Shown here: piece after piece, positions 20,637 through 29,915 of the stretch | Layout of the letters: each line of letters begins with the position of its first letter | Position numbering within the stretch: position 1 is the first letter of the stretch | From: Minisyncoccota bacterium | GTDB lineage: Bacteria; Patescibacteriota; Minisyncoccia; Phycocordibacterales; PALSA-1337 | Assembly (NCBI GenBank): GCA_041671485.1 | Contig: JBAZBL010000004.1 | Span: 14,445-78,444, forward strand | Reading direction: 5' to 3' | DNA: 64,000 nucleotides | Notes under the pieces: generated by a model | Seen by the model: the letters and a program-made list of their open reading frames with translations, nothing else | What the model was told of the DNA's origin: nothing | Databases searched by the model: none | Translations under genes and position numbers: made by a program

Positions 20637-21173
20637 ATGTCTATATCTACAAACATACCGGACCAAATAAAAAAAGTCGCATCATCTATCGAGTTATCAG
20701 ATAGTATTGTCAAAATTGGAAATCGTTTCAGCCTACATGTAGATCAGATCGGAGAGCTCGGGGCTGAAATCAGAGATATTCTATTTGGCTTTAGTAAGTC
20801 ATCAGATTTCGTCAAACATGTTTCTGAACGACTCGAGGTAAATCGAGACTTGGCTGAAAAGATCGCAATTGAAGTAAATAAAGAAGTATTTGCTGTGATA
20901 AAAGCAAAGCTACAGAAAAATGAATCTTCAAAGGACGAACAAGATAATAAAGACTATTCCCCTCTCGAACGCGCCGGGAATATGGAGATCATTGAGGAAA
21001 ATGAACACGTTGATGCTATTCCTGACCATATGCTAAATGCTCCAGATGGAAAAACAGAAGAAAAACCAGCACTAGTAAAAGAGAACACAGGGGAAGGAAA
21101 AGGGGGTAGGATAGAAGAAAAAAGTATTGATGGAGTAAGTTTTAGTGATAGATATAGAGAACCTGTAGAGTAA
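20637..21173 (+). CDS. Hypothetical cytoplasmic protein
   Basis: LHVDQIG N-terminal motif and DRYREPVE C-terminus; immediately before PrgI. Confidence 0.7.
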   Translation: MSISTNIPDQIKKVASSIELSDSIVKIGNRFSLHVDQIGELGAEIRDILFGFSKSSDFVKHVSERLEVNRDLAEKIAIEVNKEVFAVIKAKLQKNESSKDEQDNKDYSPLERAGNMEIIEENEHVDAIPDHMLNAPDGKTEEKPALVKENTGEGKGGRIEEKSIDGVSFSDRYREPVE

Positions 21174-21213
21174 TACAGTGCGAAAAATGTAATCCATAGG
21201 GTATAATATAGTA

Positions 21214-21651
21214 ATGCGTTTCCAAGTGCCCCAATTTATAGAGGTTGAAGACAAAATATTTGGTCCTTTGACTTTGAAACAGTTCATATACCTGGCGGGT
21301 GGAGGAGGACTTTCATTTGTTGCATATATACTCCTCGGAAGTCTGGCATTGTCACTAATACCAATACTTATAATAATGGCAATATCTGTATCTCTCGCTT
21401 TTTACAAAGTCTACAATCATTTTCCACTAGTAAATATAGCCGAATCAGCATTCAAATATTGGAGAGGTGGTAAATTGTATATATGGAAAAAAGAAGACAA
21501 GATGAAAGCAACAACAAGCGCTGCTGCATCAAAGGATGTAAAAAATTATGCTTCTCTAATGGTTCCAAAAATATCCGATAGCAAGTTGAAAGATCTTTCA
21601 TGGAGTTTGGATATCAAAGAGAGTATTTATTCCGATAAAAATCAAAAGTAG
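21214..21651 (+). CDS. PrgI-family (VirB3-like) protein
   Basis: MRFQVPQFIEVEDKIFGPLTLKQF signature with two TMs. Confidence 0.9.
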   Translation: MRFQVPQFIEVEDKIFGPLTLKQFIYLAGGGGLSFVAYILLGSLALSLIPILIIMAISVSLAFYKVYNHFPLVNIAESAFKYWRGGKLYIWKKEDKMKATTSAAASKDVKNYASLMVPKISDSKLKDLSWSLDIKESIYSDKNQK

Positions 21652-21685
21652 CACTGTGTCAAACAAAATATTAATTGAATAATCT

Positions 21686-21713
21686 TGGATCCCCGCTTTC
21701 GCGGGGATGACAC
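21686..21713. repeat. REP-like element TGGATCCCCGCTTTCGCGGGGATGACAC
   Basis: Hairpin; identical copy at 29800-29827. Confidence 0.85.
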
Positions 21714-21721
21714 CATTGAAT

Positions 21722-22354
21722 ATGACAACCAAATCCAAAACAACACAAGACTTTGTACCCATTCAGGAAATACGTGATGGTGTAGTAATACTCCGAAATG
21801 GTGGCATGAGATCTGTCATACTCGCATCATCATTAAACTTTGCACTCAAATCGGCTGATGAACAGGCATCTATCATGTATCAATTCCAGAATTTCCTCAA
21901 TTCACTGGACTTTTCTATACAAATATTTATACAATCAAAAAAGCTAGATATCAGGCCATATATCGCTCTTTTGGAAGAGAGATACAAAGAGCAAGTATCA
22001 GAACTTATGAAGATACAGGTGCGTGAATACATAGAGTTCGTAAGAACATTTGTCGAAAATACAAATATCATGACAAAGAATTTCTTTGTTGTTATACCTT
22101 ATGATCCGCCTATCATAGGTGGTGGCAAGAATCCTATCTCAAGATATTTTCCTGGGAAAGACAATGTTGGTCCAACACCAGATGAAAAATTCCAAGAATA
22201 TCGCACCCAGCTAGAACAGAGGGTTTCTGTTGTGGAACAAGGACTAGTGAGGTGTGGTGTCCGAACTGCAGAACTTGGTACCGAAGAAGTGGTCGAACTA
22301 TTTTATAAATTATTCAATCCAGGAGAGACAGAGAAGCCGATACAAATCACATGA
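21722..22354 (+). CDS. VirB4 N-terminal-like / TraC-associated protein
   Basis: TQDFVPIQEIRDGVV...NFALKS.DEQ...FLNSLDF; between PrgI and VirB4. Confidence 0.75.
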   Translation: MTTKSKTTQDFVPIQEIRDGVVILRNGGMRSVILASSLNFALKSADEQASIMYQFQNFLNSLDFSIQIFIQSKKLDIRPYIALLEERYKEQVSELMKIQVREYIEFVRTFVENTNIMTKNFFVVIPYDPPIIGGGKNPISRYFPGKDNVGPTPDEKFQEYRTQLEQRVSVVEQGLVRCGVRTAELGTEEVVELFYKLFNPGETEKPIQIT

Positions 22355-22400
22355 ACCATGCACAATTATTACATCATATATCAATAGAGCAATCAATAAT

Positions 22401-24215
22401 ATGAGCATATTCAATAAATTATTTGGTAAGAAAGATCAATCGCCGATTGTTTCGGTTTTGCCCGAAGAAATATATCAGGCGGGTATCTTGGAATTGAAAG
22501 ATGTAATAGCTCCGTCTGCACTCAAGGTCAGTCCAAAAGAATTGAACCTAGGAGAAAAGGTGGGTAGAACACTATTTGTAATATCATATCCACGATTCTT
22601 GCAAGAAAGTTGGTTTGCACCGATCATCAATCTGGACAAAGTATTCAACGTCTCTATCTTCATACATCCCGTTGATACTGCAAAGATATTGCGTCATTTC
22701 CAGAAGAAGGTTGCAGAGGTACAAAGCCAAATATCTAGAAGAGAAGAGAAGGGTTTGGTGCGTGACCCAGGACTAGATACAGCATATCAGGATCTCGAAT
22801 CGTTGAGAGATCAGTTGATGCAGGCTCAAGAGAGACTATTTGATGTAGGAGTATATATAACACTGTTTGCAGATTCCGAAGGAGATCTCGATAAACTCGA
22901 ATCTGAAATCAAATCTATACTTGAATCAAAACTAGTATATGTAAAACCAGCACTTTTCCAGCAAGAACAAGGATTCAAGAGCGTGTTGCCACTTGGAGAC
23001 GATCAATTGAATGTTCATTCAAAGCTCAATTCTTCACCACTTTCAAGTCTATTCCCATTTGTATCATTTGACCTAACGTCAGATAAGGGAATACTGTATG
23101 GCATAAATAGACACAATTCATCACTGGTTCTTTTTGACCGATTCCTTCTTGGTAACTACAACTCTGTAACATTTGCAGTTGCTGGGGCAGGCAAATCGTA
23201 TTGCACAAAGCTAGAGATATTACGCACGCTCATGTTTGATACAGATGTTCTAGTTATTGATCCAGAAAAAGAATATGAATACATGGCAGAAGCAACCGGT
23301 GGCAAATACTTCAATATTTCTCTCAATTCAGAGCACCATATCAATCCATTTGATCTACCAGTACCAAGAGAAGATGAATCTACAAGCGATGTTTTGCGAT
23401 CAAATATAATTAACTTGGTTGGTCTATTCAGGATAATGTTGGGTGGTCTGTCCCAAGAAGAAGATGCGATCATAGATCGTGCAATAACAGAGACTTATGC
23501 ACTCAAAGACATTACTCCTGATTCTGATTTTCGAAATGTTGAACCACCACTACTATCAGATTTTGAAATGGTACTGGGTGGAATGGAAGGCGCCGACTCT
23601 TTGGTTGAGAGATTGTCCAAATATACAAAAGGTACATGGTCGGGCTTTATAAATAGACCTTCAAATATAGATATAAATAAGAAATTTATAGTATTTTCTC
23701 TAAGAGATATGGAAGATGAATTGAAACCCGTAGCAATGTATCTCATAACTCACTATATATGGAATGCTATACGCAAAAATCTCAAGAAAAGACTACTTGT
23801 CATCGATGAAGCATGGTGGATGATGAAGTCCGAAGATACAGCATCATTTTTGTTTGGCCTAGCAAAAAGAGGTCGAAAATACTTCCTTGGTCTTGCAACA
23901 ATAACCCAAGATGTGGATGATTTCTTGAAATCTCCATATGGTATGCCCATCGTCACAAATTCATCTATACAGATACTATTAAAACAGTCGCCATCGGTCA
24001 TTGACTATGTACAGAAAACATTCAACCTTACAGATGAAGAAAAATATTTATTGCTAGAATCAGATATAGGAGAAGGCATGTTCTTCGTCGGACTAAAACA
24101 TGTTGCAATGAAAATAGTTAGTTCATATACAGAAGATCAGATCATCACCACAAATCCACAGCAAGTTATGGATATAAAGAGGGCAAAAAAAGAGCTTGAA
24201 GACGCGGGACAATGA
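22401..24215 (+). CDS. virB4: VirB4/TraC-family T4SS ATPase
   Basis: Walker A AVAGAGKS, VIDPEKEY, INPFD, Walker B LLVIDEAW, KRGRKY...TITQ. Confidence 0.9.
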   Translation: MSIFNKLFGKKDQSPIVSVLPEEIYQAGILELKDVIAPSALKVSPKELNLGEKVGRTLFVISYPRFLQESWFAPIINLDKVFNVSIFIHPVDTAKILRHFQKKVAEVQSQISRREEKGLVRDPGLDTAYQDLESLRDQLMQAQERLFDVGVYITLFADSEGDLDKLESEIKSILESKLVYVKPALFQQEQGFKSVLPLGDDQLNVHSKLNSSPLSSLFPFVSFDLTSDKGILYGINRHNSSLVLFDRFLLGNYNSVTFAVAGAGKSYCTKLEILRTLMFDTDVLVIDPEKEYEYMAEATGGKYFNISLNSEHHINPFDLPVPREDESTSDVLRSNIINLVGLFRIMLGGLSQEEDAIIDRAITETYALKDITPDSDFRNVEPPLLSDFEMVLGGMEGADSLVERLSKYTKGTWSGFINRPSNIDINKKFIVFSLRDMEDELKPVAMYLITHYIWNAIRKNLKKRLLVIDEAWWMMKSEDTASFLFGLAKRGRKYFLGLATITQDVDDFLKSPYGMPIVTNSSIQILLKQSPSVIDYVQKTFNLTDEEKYLLLESDIGEGMFFVGLKHVAMKIVSSYTEDQIITTNPQQVMDIKRAKKELEDAGQ

Positions 24216-24218
24216 TAT

Positions 24219-24306
24219 TACAGATCGCGACCGTCGAGGCGGCGACAAATGTCGACTTGGCGAAGCCAACGAAGACATTTAGTCGCGCCGAGGAGGGAGC
24301 GCTGTG
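24219..24306. repeat. GC-rich intergenic hairpin element
   Basis: GGCGGCGACAAATGTC pairs with GACATTTAGTCGCGCC around inner TTGGC-GAA-GCCAA hairpin. Confidence 0.6.
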
Positions 24307-24339
24307 TTTGGAGAAATAGTACTGTGTTATAATTTTGTC

Positions 24340-24774
24340 ATGGAAGAAAAGAAAAAACATCGAATGGGTGTTGGTGCTCTGATATTGCTCACCATAATAG
24401 CTATTATATGTGACACTATTGGGCTAATACCGGGCGTAGAAGATATTGCTGGTACTATATTTTGGGGTATTGCTGCTATCTACTTCTGGGCTTCAGGTAT
24501 GGGAGTGTTCAACGGTCGAAGATTGGCCACAATGTTGGTATCTTGGATCATTGGACTTATACCTATCTTGCAATGGTTGCCACAACTATCTGTAGGAATA
24601 ATAGCAATCTTTCTTATGTTGCGAGCAGAAGAAAAAACAGGTCTTCCAATATCTTCTGTAGCTGGAGGGAAAATAACAAATACAAGTAGTGGGCCGACGA
24701 GACTACCCAACAAAACTGCTCCATTGAATCAAGACGGTATAAGAATGCCAAATAGTGGATTGACAGAGAAATAA
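24340..24774 (+). CDS. Hypothetical membrane protein
   Basis: 3-4 hydrophobic helices; TATAAT 6 nt before ATG. Confidence 0.7.
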   Translation: MEEKKKHRMGVGALILLTIIAIICDTIGLIPGVEDIAGTIFWGIAAIYFWASGMGVFNGRRLATMLVSWIIGLIPILQWLPQLSVGIIAIFLMLRAEEKTGLPISSVAGGKITNTSSGPTRLPNKTAPLNQDGIRMPNSGLTEK

Positions 24775-24823
24775 CTCTCCCCAACTATTTTCGCAACTTT
24801 CTCTTATTATTGGTAAAATATAA

Positions 24824-25876
24824 ATGATGAAATCCAAATCTGTACTGACCGTCCTCATATTTGTTTTTTCATATTTACTTTTTCAATTTGCATTTGCACA
24901 AGGGATACAATTGCCCGCACAAGATGTTGATCTGAAAGTTTCCCCAGAAAACCCCATGCCGGGGCAAACACTAACAATAACTGCAGAAAGTTATATCGTC
25001 AGTCTGACTTCATCAAATATTACTTGGAGCTTGAATGGTAATGTATATCAGAAGGGTATAGGTATGACATCCATACAAGTCATTGCACCGGATCTTGGTA
25101 AGAAATTATCAATTGGTGTAAATGCAATAACTGCAGAGGGGGCACAACTCAATGCAGAAATTGATATTACTTCTGGCAATATTGATCTTATTGTTGAAAC
25201 CGATGGTTATGTACCACCTTTCTTCAATGGCAAAATGCCACTTGTATATCAAAATAGTTATAGAATTGTCGCTATACCACATTTGGCCAATTCTTCTGGC
25301 ACTGAATATGATCCAAAGACCCTTGTTTATTCATGGTCAAAAGATACAAAAGTTATGCAGGATGCTTCTGGTTATGGTAAACAAGTATTCTCATGGAAAG
25401 AAGAGATCATACCTAGGTCTAGATTGATAAAAGTCAAAGCAACGACCAGAGATGGTTCGGCACAGGCCGAAAAAACAATAATATTACAAGCAAATAGTCC
25501 TTTTATACAGTTTTATAAAAATGATCCTTTGTATGGACCTATGTATAATAAAGCCATTATAAATAACACCGGTCTTGGTTCTAGTAGGGAATTGTCTATA
25601 CTTGCAGTACCATATGGCTTCAACAAGCCATTTAGTTCAGTTGGTAATCTGCTTTTCTCTTGGTCAATCAATTCTACATCGCAAGATGCTCTATCTACTA
25701 GTCAGTCAATAGTACTTCGTGCTCCAGTAGGAAAGACTGGTTCATCGAATATTGACCTTGAGATAAGGAATGAAAAAGATATACTTCAATCTGCAAGAAA
25801 TGCTTTTTCTATAATGTTTTCTTCTGGAGAAACAGAAATATCAACAGATAATATAAATAATTACAATGGTATATAA
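24824..25876 (+). CDS. Secreted beta-rich (Ig/PKD-like) protein
   Basis: Signal peptide AFA-Q, SPENP.PG, repeated W-containing beta strands, YVPPFF.GK motif. Confidence 0.7.
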   Translation: MMKSKSVLTVLIFVFSYLLFQFAFAQGIQLPAQDVDLKVSPENPMPGQTLTITAESYIVSLTSSNITWSLNGNVYQKGIGMTSIQVIAPDLGKKLSIGVNAITAEGAQLNAEIDITSGNIDLIVETDGYVPPFFNGKMPLVYQNSYRIVAIPHLANSSGTEYDPKTLVYSWSKDTKVMQDASGYGKQVFSWKEEIIPRSRLIKVKATTRDGSAQAEKTIILQANSPFIQFYKNDPLYGPMYNKAIINNTGLGSSRELSILAVPYGFNKPFSSVGNLLFSWSINSTSQDALSTSQSIVLRAPVGKTGSSNIDLEIRNEKDILQSARNAFSIMFSSGETEISTDNINNYNGI

Positions 25877-27161
25877 ACATCACAAAAATAAATATTGGTT
25901 GATTTCACTAACAATCGTAATGGCTCTTGGTATCTTTTCAATACAAACAAATATAACAAATTCTCAATCTCTTCCAGAACCTGTCGATCCAAATGCTAAT
26001 ATCTTTGATTATTCTGGTCTTGAACCATTGCCACCGTCAAACGTTTATTTGCCTGCAACCCAACCGACTCAAACATGGCAAAATACTGGAAAAACCTATA
26101 AGCTTCTCGAACCGTTACCGTGTTTGGACTCTCGTATGCCCGACTGTAAAGGCGGACAGATAGAAAACATAGATCTTGGCAACTTCTTTCAATACGCTTT
26201 CAACCTTTTGATAGCACTCTCTGCCGTGGCTGCTGTATTTATGATTGTTTGGGGAGGATTCCAGTATATGACTACAGATTCGTCGCCAGGTAAAAGTGAA
26301 GGCAAAGAGAAATTCAAAAATGCTATTTATGGCCTTCTCATGGTCATTGGTTCATTCCTCATCCTCAAAACCGTCAACCCAAAACTTGTTCAGATACCAG
26401 CTAGCATTCCGCCGGTTAGGGTAGATTCGTCACAGACGCAATCGCCTTTGAGTTTTTTTGATCAGATAAACAGAAAAGCTGAAGAATATAATACCAACCT
26501 GTCAAACATCCAGAATGATTTGATGCAAGCACAAACAAAACTTAATGGTTTATACCAACAAAAAACTGATCTACAGAATCTTTTAAATGGCCCATATGAT
26601 ACAGAATTGGCAGCCACATATGAAGTTCAACTTGAACAAATAAACAGCCAGATAGAACAACAAGAGGCTATAATTATCGGCACAGGAACAAATGAAATGA
26701 TGACACAAAAAGCCATGCAAATAATAAACGCCGACAGTGCCAAAAGAAATTTTCTCGGTGATCCTGCAACACCCAGGGAGATACAGAATAATATTACCGA
26801 GATTGACAACATAAAGACAGATGCGTTAATAGAGCTAGAAAAGTATGGTCAATCTGATATTGTAGAAAAACAAAAACAAGCTGTGATAGATCAGGCAAAT
26901 TATAAAAAAGCAGACATTGAAATAACTACTAGTATTAATGCAATCAATCAAATAAGTGAGACCTGGAAGACAACGGATACTGGTAAATTATTGAGTCCAA
27001 TGCCAGCTTGGACAAAAAACGAAGCTGAAACTGCTTTAAATAATGCTTTGATATTAAAAGGGCAGATGCAAGATCCTGTTCTGCAATCTAAATTGCAAAC
27101 ACAAATAAAAGACCTGAATACTCTACTAAATGAGAGGCTGTATGGTAAACCTTCAAGTTAA
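25866..27161 (+). CDS. Protein with TrbC/VirB2-type pilin domain and coiled-coil tail
   Basis: YKLLEPLP, AVFMIVWGGFQYMT...GKEKFKNAIYGLL...ILKTVNP pilin signature. Confidence 0.8.
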   Translation: MVYKHHKNKYWLISLTIVMALGIFSIQTNITNSQSLPEPVDPNANIFDYSGLEPLPPSNVYLPATQPTQTWQNTGKTYKLLEPLPCLDSRMPDCKGGQIENIDLGNFFQYAFNLLIALSAVAAVFMIVWGGFQYMTTDSSPGKSEGKEKFKNAIYGLLMVIGSFLILKTVNPKLVQIPASIPPVRVDSSQTQSPLSFFDQINRKAEEYNTNLSNIQNDLMQAQTKLNGLYQQKTDLQNLLNGPYDTELAATYEVQLEQINSQIEQQEAIIIGTGTNEMMTQKAMQIINADSAKRNFLGDPATPREIQNNITEIDNIKTDALIELEKYGQSDIVEKQKQAVIDQANYKKADIEITTSINAINQISETWKTTDTGKLLSPMPAWTKNEAETALNNALILKGQMQDPVLQSKLQTQIKDLNTLLNERLYGKPSS

Positions 27162-27169
27162 TTATTGCC

Positions 27170-28465
27170 ATGAAAAAGCTCATAATCATAATCACAATAC
27201 TGATTCTCGTACTCGCTGGTGCTTTTGCTTATTGGTATTTTTTCTTTCGTATTTCAATTGACACAATTCCAGATGATGGTTCGGCAAATCCAGCAGATTC
27301 TGGTTTTATACCCTTTGACAGGCCAGGAATAGGTACTGGGCGAGGGACGGGAGGTGCAACGACAACAGGTACAGGTACAACACAGGGTGATGTGCCGATG
27401 AGAATACCAGCACTCCGACAGTTGAGTGCAACACCTATTGGAGGATACTCTGCAAGCACTACAGCAAGCACAACCGTTGTTAGGTGGGTAGATAGAGGTA
27501 GAGGCAATATTTATGAGGCTGGGATGGATTCTGTGACAATAAAGACTATATCAAATACACTCCTGCCAAAAGTATATGAAAGTTGGTGGAATAAGAATAA
27601 TACAACATTCATTGGTCAATATATGGCAGGAGACAGTGATGCCGTAACAACTGTTATAGCAAACATAATAAAAAGGCCTTCTATTACAACATCTTCTGGA
27701 ACATCATCACCGAATATACAAAATCCCAGTGAAACTATCTATGAATTGAAAGGTAAGATTGTATCTGGAAATGTAATAGGCACAGCGTCTTCTCCAAAAA
27801 GAGATAGGATATTAGTGATCACAAATGAAAATAATAATGCTGTCGGTTATATCTCAAACTTTGATGGCAGTAAACAAGTTCAAATATTTAGCTTGCCATT
27901 TGTACAACTCGTAGTTGAATGGCCAGAAGAGAATACAATAGCAATAACTACAAAAGCCGGTGCTTCATATCCTGGATATTTGTACTTTATCAATACAAAA
28001 ACTGGTGTAGTCAAATCTATTCTCGGAAATATACCCGGCCTAATCACCAAAGTTAGCAAAGATGCAAATAAAGTTCTTTATTCTTCTGGAGACAACAATA
28101 ATATAAGTACAGCATTATTTGATGTAAAAACCAAAAAAACTAGTCTTGTAATATTCAAAACACTGGCTGATAAGTGTGTTTGGTCAAGTACTTTCAAAGA
28201 AAATATCTATTGCGGAGTATCTTCACAAATACCAAACGGTACATATCCAGATACCTGGTATCTAGGAATAAACTCTTTTATAGATAGCGTATGGGCCTTG
28301 AATTCAAAAGATGGCGACGTTAGACAGGTGGCAGATCTCTTGAATCAAAACAGCGTTATTATAGACATAATAAATCCTAGTCTTAGTGAAGATGAGAATT
28401 ATCTTTTCTTCATGAATAAGAACGATATGTCACTGTGGTCGTTGGATCTGGTGGCATCAAACTAA
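27170..28465 (+). CDS. Membrane-anchored beta-propeller-like protein
   Basis: N-terminal TM, Thr/Gly linker, DRGRGNIY, KCVWS, PDTWY motifs. Confidence 0.7.
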   Translation: MKKLIIIITILILVLAGAFAYWYFFFRISIDTIPDDGSANPADSGFIPFDRPGIGTGRGTGGATTTGTGTTQGDVPMRIPALRQLSATPIGGYSASTTASTTVVRWVDRGRGNIYEAGMDSVTIKTISNTLLPKVYESWWNKNNTTFIGQYMAGDSDAVTTVIANIIKRPSITTSSGTSSPNIQNPSETIYELKGKIVSGNVIGTASSPKRDRILVITNENNNAVGYISNFDGSKQVQIFSLPFVQLVVEWPEENTIAITTKAGASYPGYLYFINTKTGVVKSILGNIPGLITKVSKDANKVLYSSGDNNNISTALFDVKTKKTSLVIFKTLADKCVWSSTFKENIYCGVSSQIPNGTYPDTWYLGINSFIDSVWALNSKDGDVRQVADLLNQNSVIIDIINPSLSEDENYLFFMNKNDMSLWSLDLVASN

Positions 28466-28487
28466 TAGGATAGACGGGGTGTCAAAA

Positions 28488-29240
28488 TCAAACTTTAGAA
28501 GTCATCAAATATTTTCTTTTGACGAATAATTCTTGTCCGAGGGTAAATAATGCACTTACTGACCAGTAAAGGGCAATAGTTGATGCTGCTTGTGGGAATT
28601 TGGCTGGTATAAGCCAATATATAGAAGCAAAAGCCAATATTGGCAACATATATTTCATCTGTTTATTCATCGAAGCTGCAATGTCTGGCATACCTTGGTT
28701 CTGCTTACCGGTATTTGATGATGTCTGAAATTGTTTTCCAGCCAAAGAATAATGTAGCTGAATATATTGTGCTATTGCAGTCAAAATAGCCAGTATCAAA
28801 CTTGGTTTTGTCAGGTCTATCAAACCAAGAAACATTGTATTTACTATTGGTATATCTATAAATGAATATAAATATTCTGGATTTATAGTAGGAATAATCT
28901 TATAGAAAACAGACAGTAGAGCTAGAAGTATAGGCAATTGAATAATAATCAAAAGAATACCAGCAAAAGGTTTAACGCCTTTGGCTTTGTACAATTCCAT
29001 TGTCTTTAGTCCTTGATTTTGACGATCATTTGCATATTGTTCTTTGATTCTCCTTGTCTCTGGCTCTATTTCTTTCATTTTTATCTGTGTAATTATTGAG
29101 ACTTTGGAAAGATGAAATAGTGCCAATTTTACAATAAGTGTAAAAATAATAACTGCGACACCTAGATCTGCCCACGGCAAAAAATCCATAATACCGACGA
29201 GGCCATTGTAAAGTGGTAAAAATATAAGATTGTGGTACAT
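28488..29240 (-). CDS. yidC: Membrane protein insertase YidC/Oxa1
   Basis: IIFTLIVKLAL, QLPIL, LYWSVS motifs; synteny with rnpA-rpmH. Confidence 0.92.
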   Translation of the reverse strand: MYHNLIFLPLYNGLVGIMDFLPWADLGVAVIIFTLIVKLALFHLSKVSIITQIKMKEIEPETRRIKEQYANDRQNQGLKTMELYKAKGVKPFAGILLIIIQLPILLALLSVFYKIIPTINPEYLYSFIDIPIVNTMFLGLIDLTKPSLILAILTAIAQYIQLHYSLAGKQFQTSSNTGKQNQGMPDIAASMNKQMKYMLPILAFASIYWLIPAKFPQAASTIALYWSVSALFTLGQELFVKRKYLMTSKV

Positions 29241-29247
29241 ATTTTAA

Positions 29248-29601
29248 CTATACACTATTTGGCTTTATAGTTCGACTTTGGGGTTTTGCAAAAATTGAGA
29301 TCAAGTCTTTTTTCATTTCTTCCTGTTTTATGCCAGAAATATCGCTTTTTGCAATAATGATTGCGTGTAAATTGGTTGGAATAGTATCAAAAATGCTTCC
29401 AACGGCTTCATACATCACCCTTCTTGATCGGTTTCTCTTTGATGCTTTACCTAGTATTTTCTTTGGCATAACAACTGAAACTTTGGTGTATTCTGCATCT
29501 TGTAGGACTCTTATAAGAAAAAACTTAGACGGAGTCAGTTTACCCCTCTTTATAACCTCGTCAAATTGCTTGGTATTTAACCTTTGGGATTTTTTTAGCA
29601 T
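29248..29601 (-). CDS. rnpA: RNase P protein component
   Basis: MLKKSQRL...KASKRNRSRR (RNR motif); synteny. Confidence 0.9.
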   Translation of the reverse strand: MLKKSQRLNTKQFDEVIKRGKLTPSKFFLIRVLQDAEYTKVSVVMPKKILGKASKRNRSRRVMYEAVGSIFDTIPTNLHAIIIAKSDISGIKQEEMKKDLISIFAKPQSRTIKPNSV

Positions 29602-29602
29602 A

Positions 29603-29737
29603 CTAAACAGAGATCTTCCTCCTTCCTTTGGCTCTACGTCTAGATATAGCCTTCTTTCCGCCAGGAGACTTCATCCTCATCCTAAATCCGTGCTTTTTTG
29701 CTCGCTTTCTTCTATTTGGTTTATACGTAAATGACAT
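29603..29737 (-). CDS. rpmH: 50S ribosomal protein L34 (below ORF-track cut-off)
   Basis: Manual translation [44 protein letters not shown]. Confidence 0.95.
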   Translation of the reverse strand: MSFTYKPNRRKRAKKHGFRMRMKSPGGKKAISRRRAKGRRKISV

Positions 29738-29799
29738 AGTGAGATAAGTATTGCATTTTTATTATCTCCATGCAAATTAGAGAATCAATTCTCTAGACG

Positions 29800-29827
29800 T
29801 GGATCCCCGCTTTCGCGGGGATGACAC
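29800..29827. repeat. REP-like element, second copy
   Basis: Identical to 21686-21713. Confidence 0.85.
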
Positions 29828-29915
29828 AATAAAATAGTTCTCCACAGCTTATCAACATACTTTTGATGTCTCCACAAGTTCCCAAAATTATAAACAGGTA
29901 TATAATGCAAACAAT

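Noticed and set aside
16174-28465. Conjugative element (ICE)
   Set aside because: No relaxase, integrase or boundaries; composition matches the chromosome and it sits among core genes.
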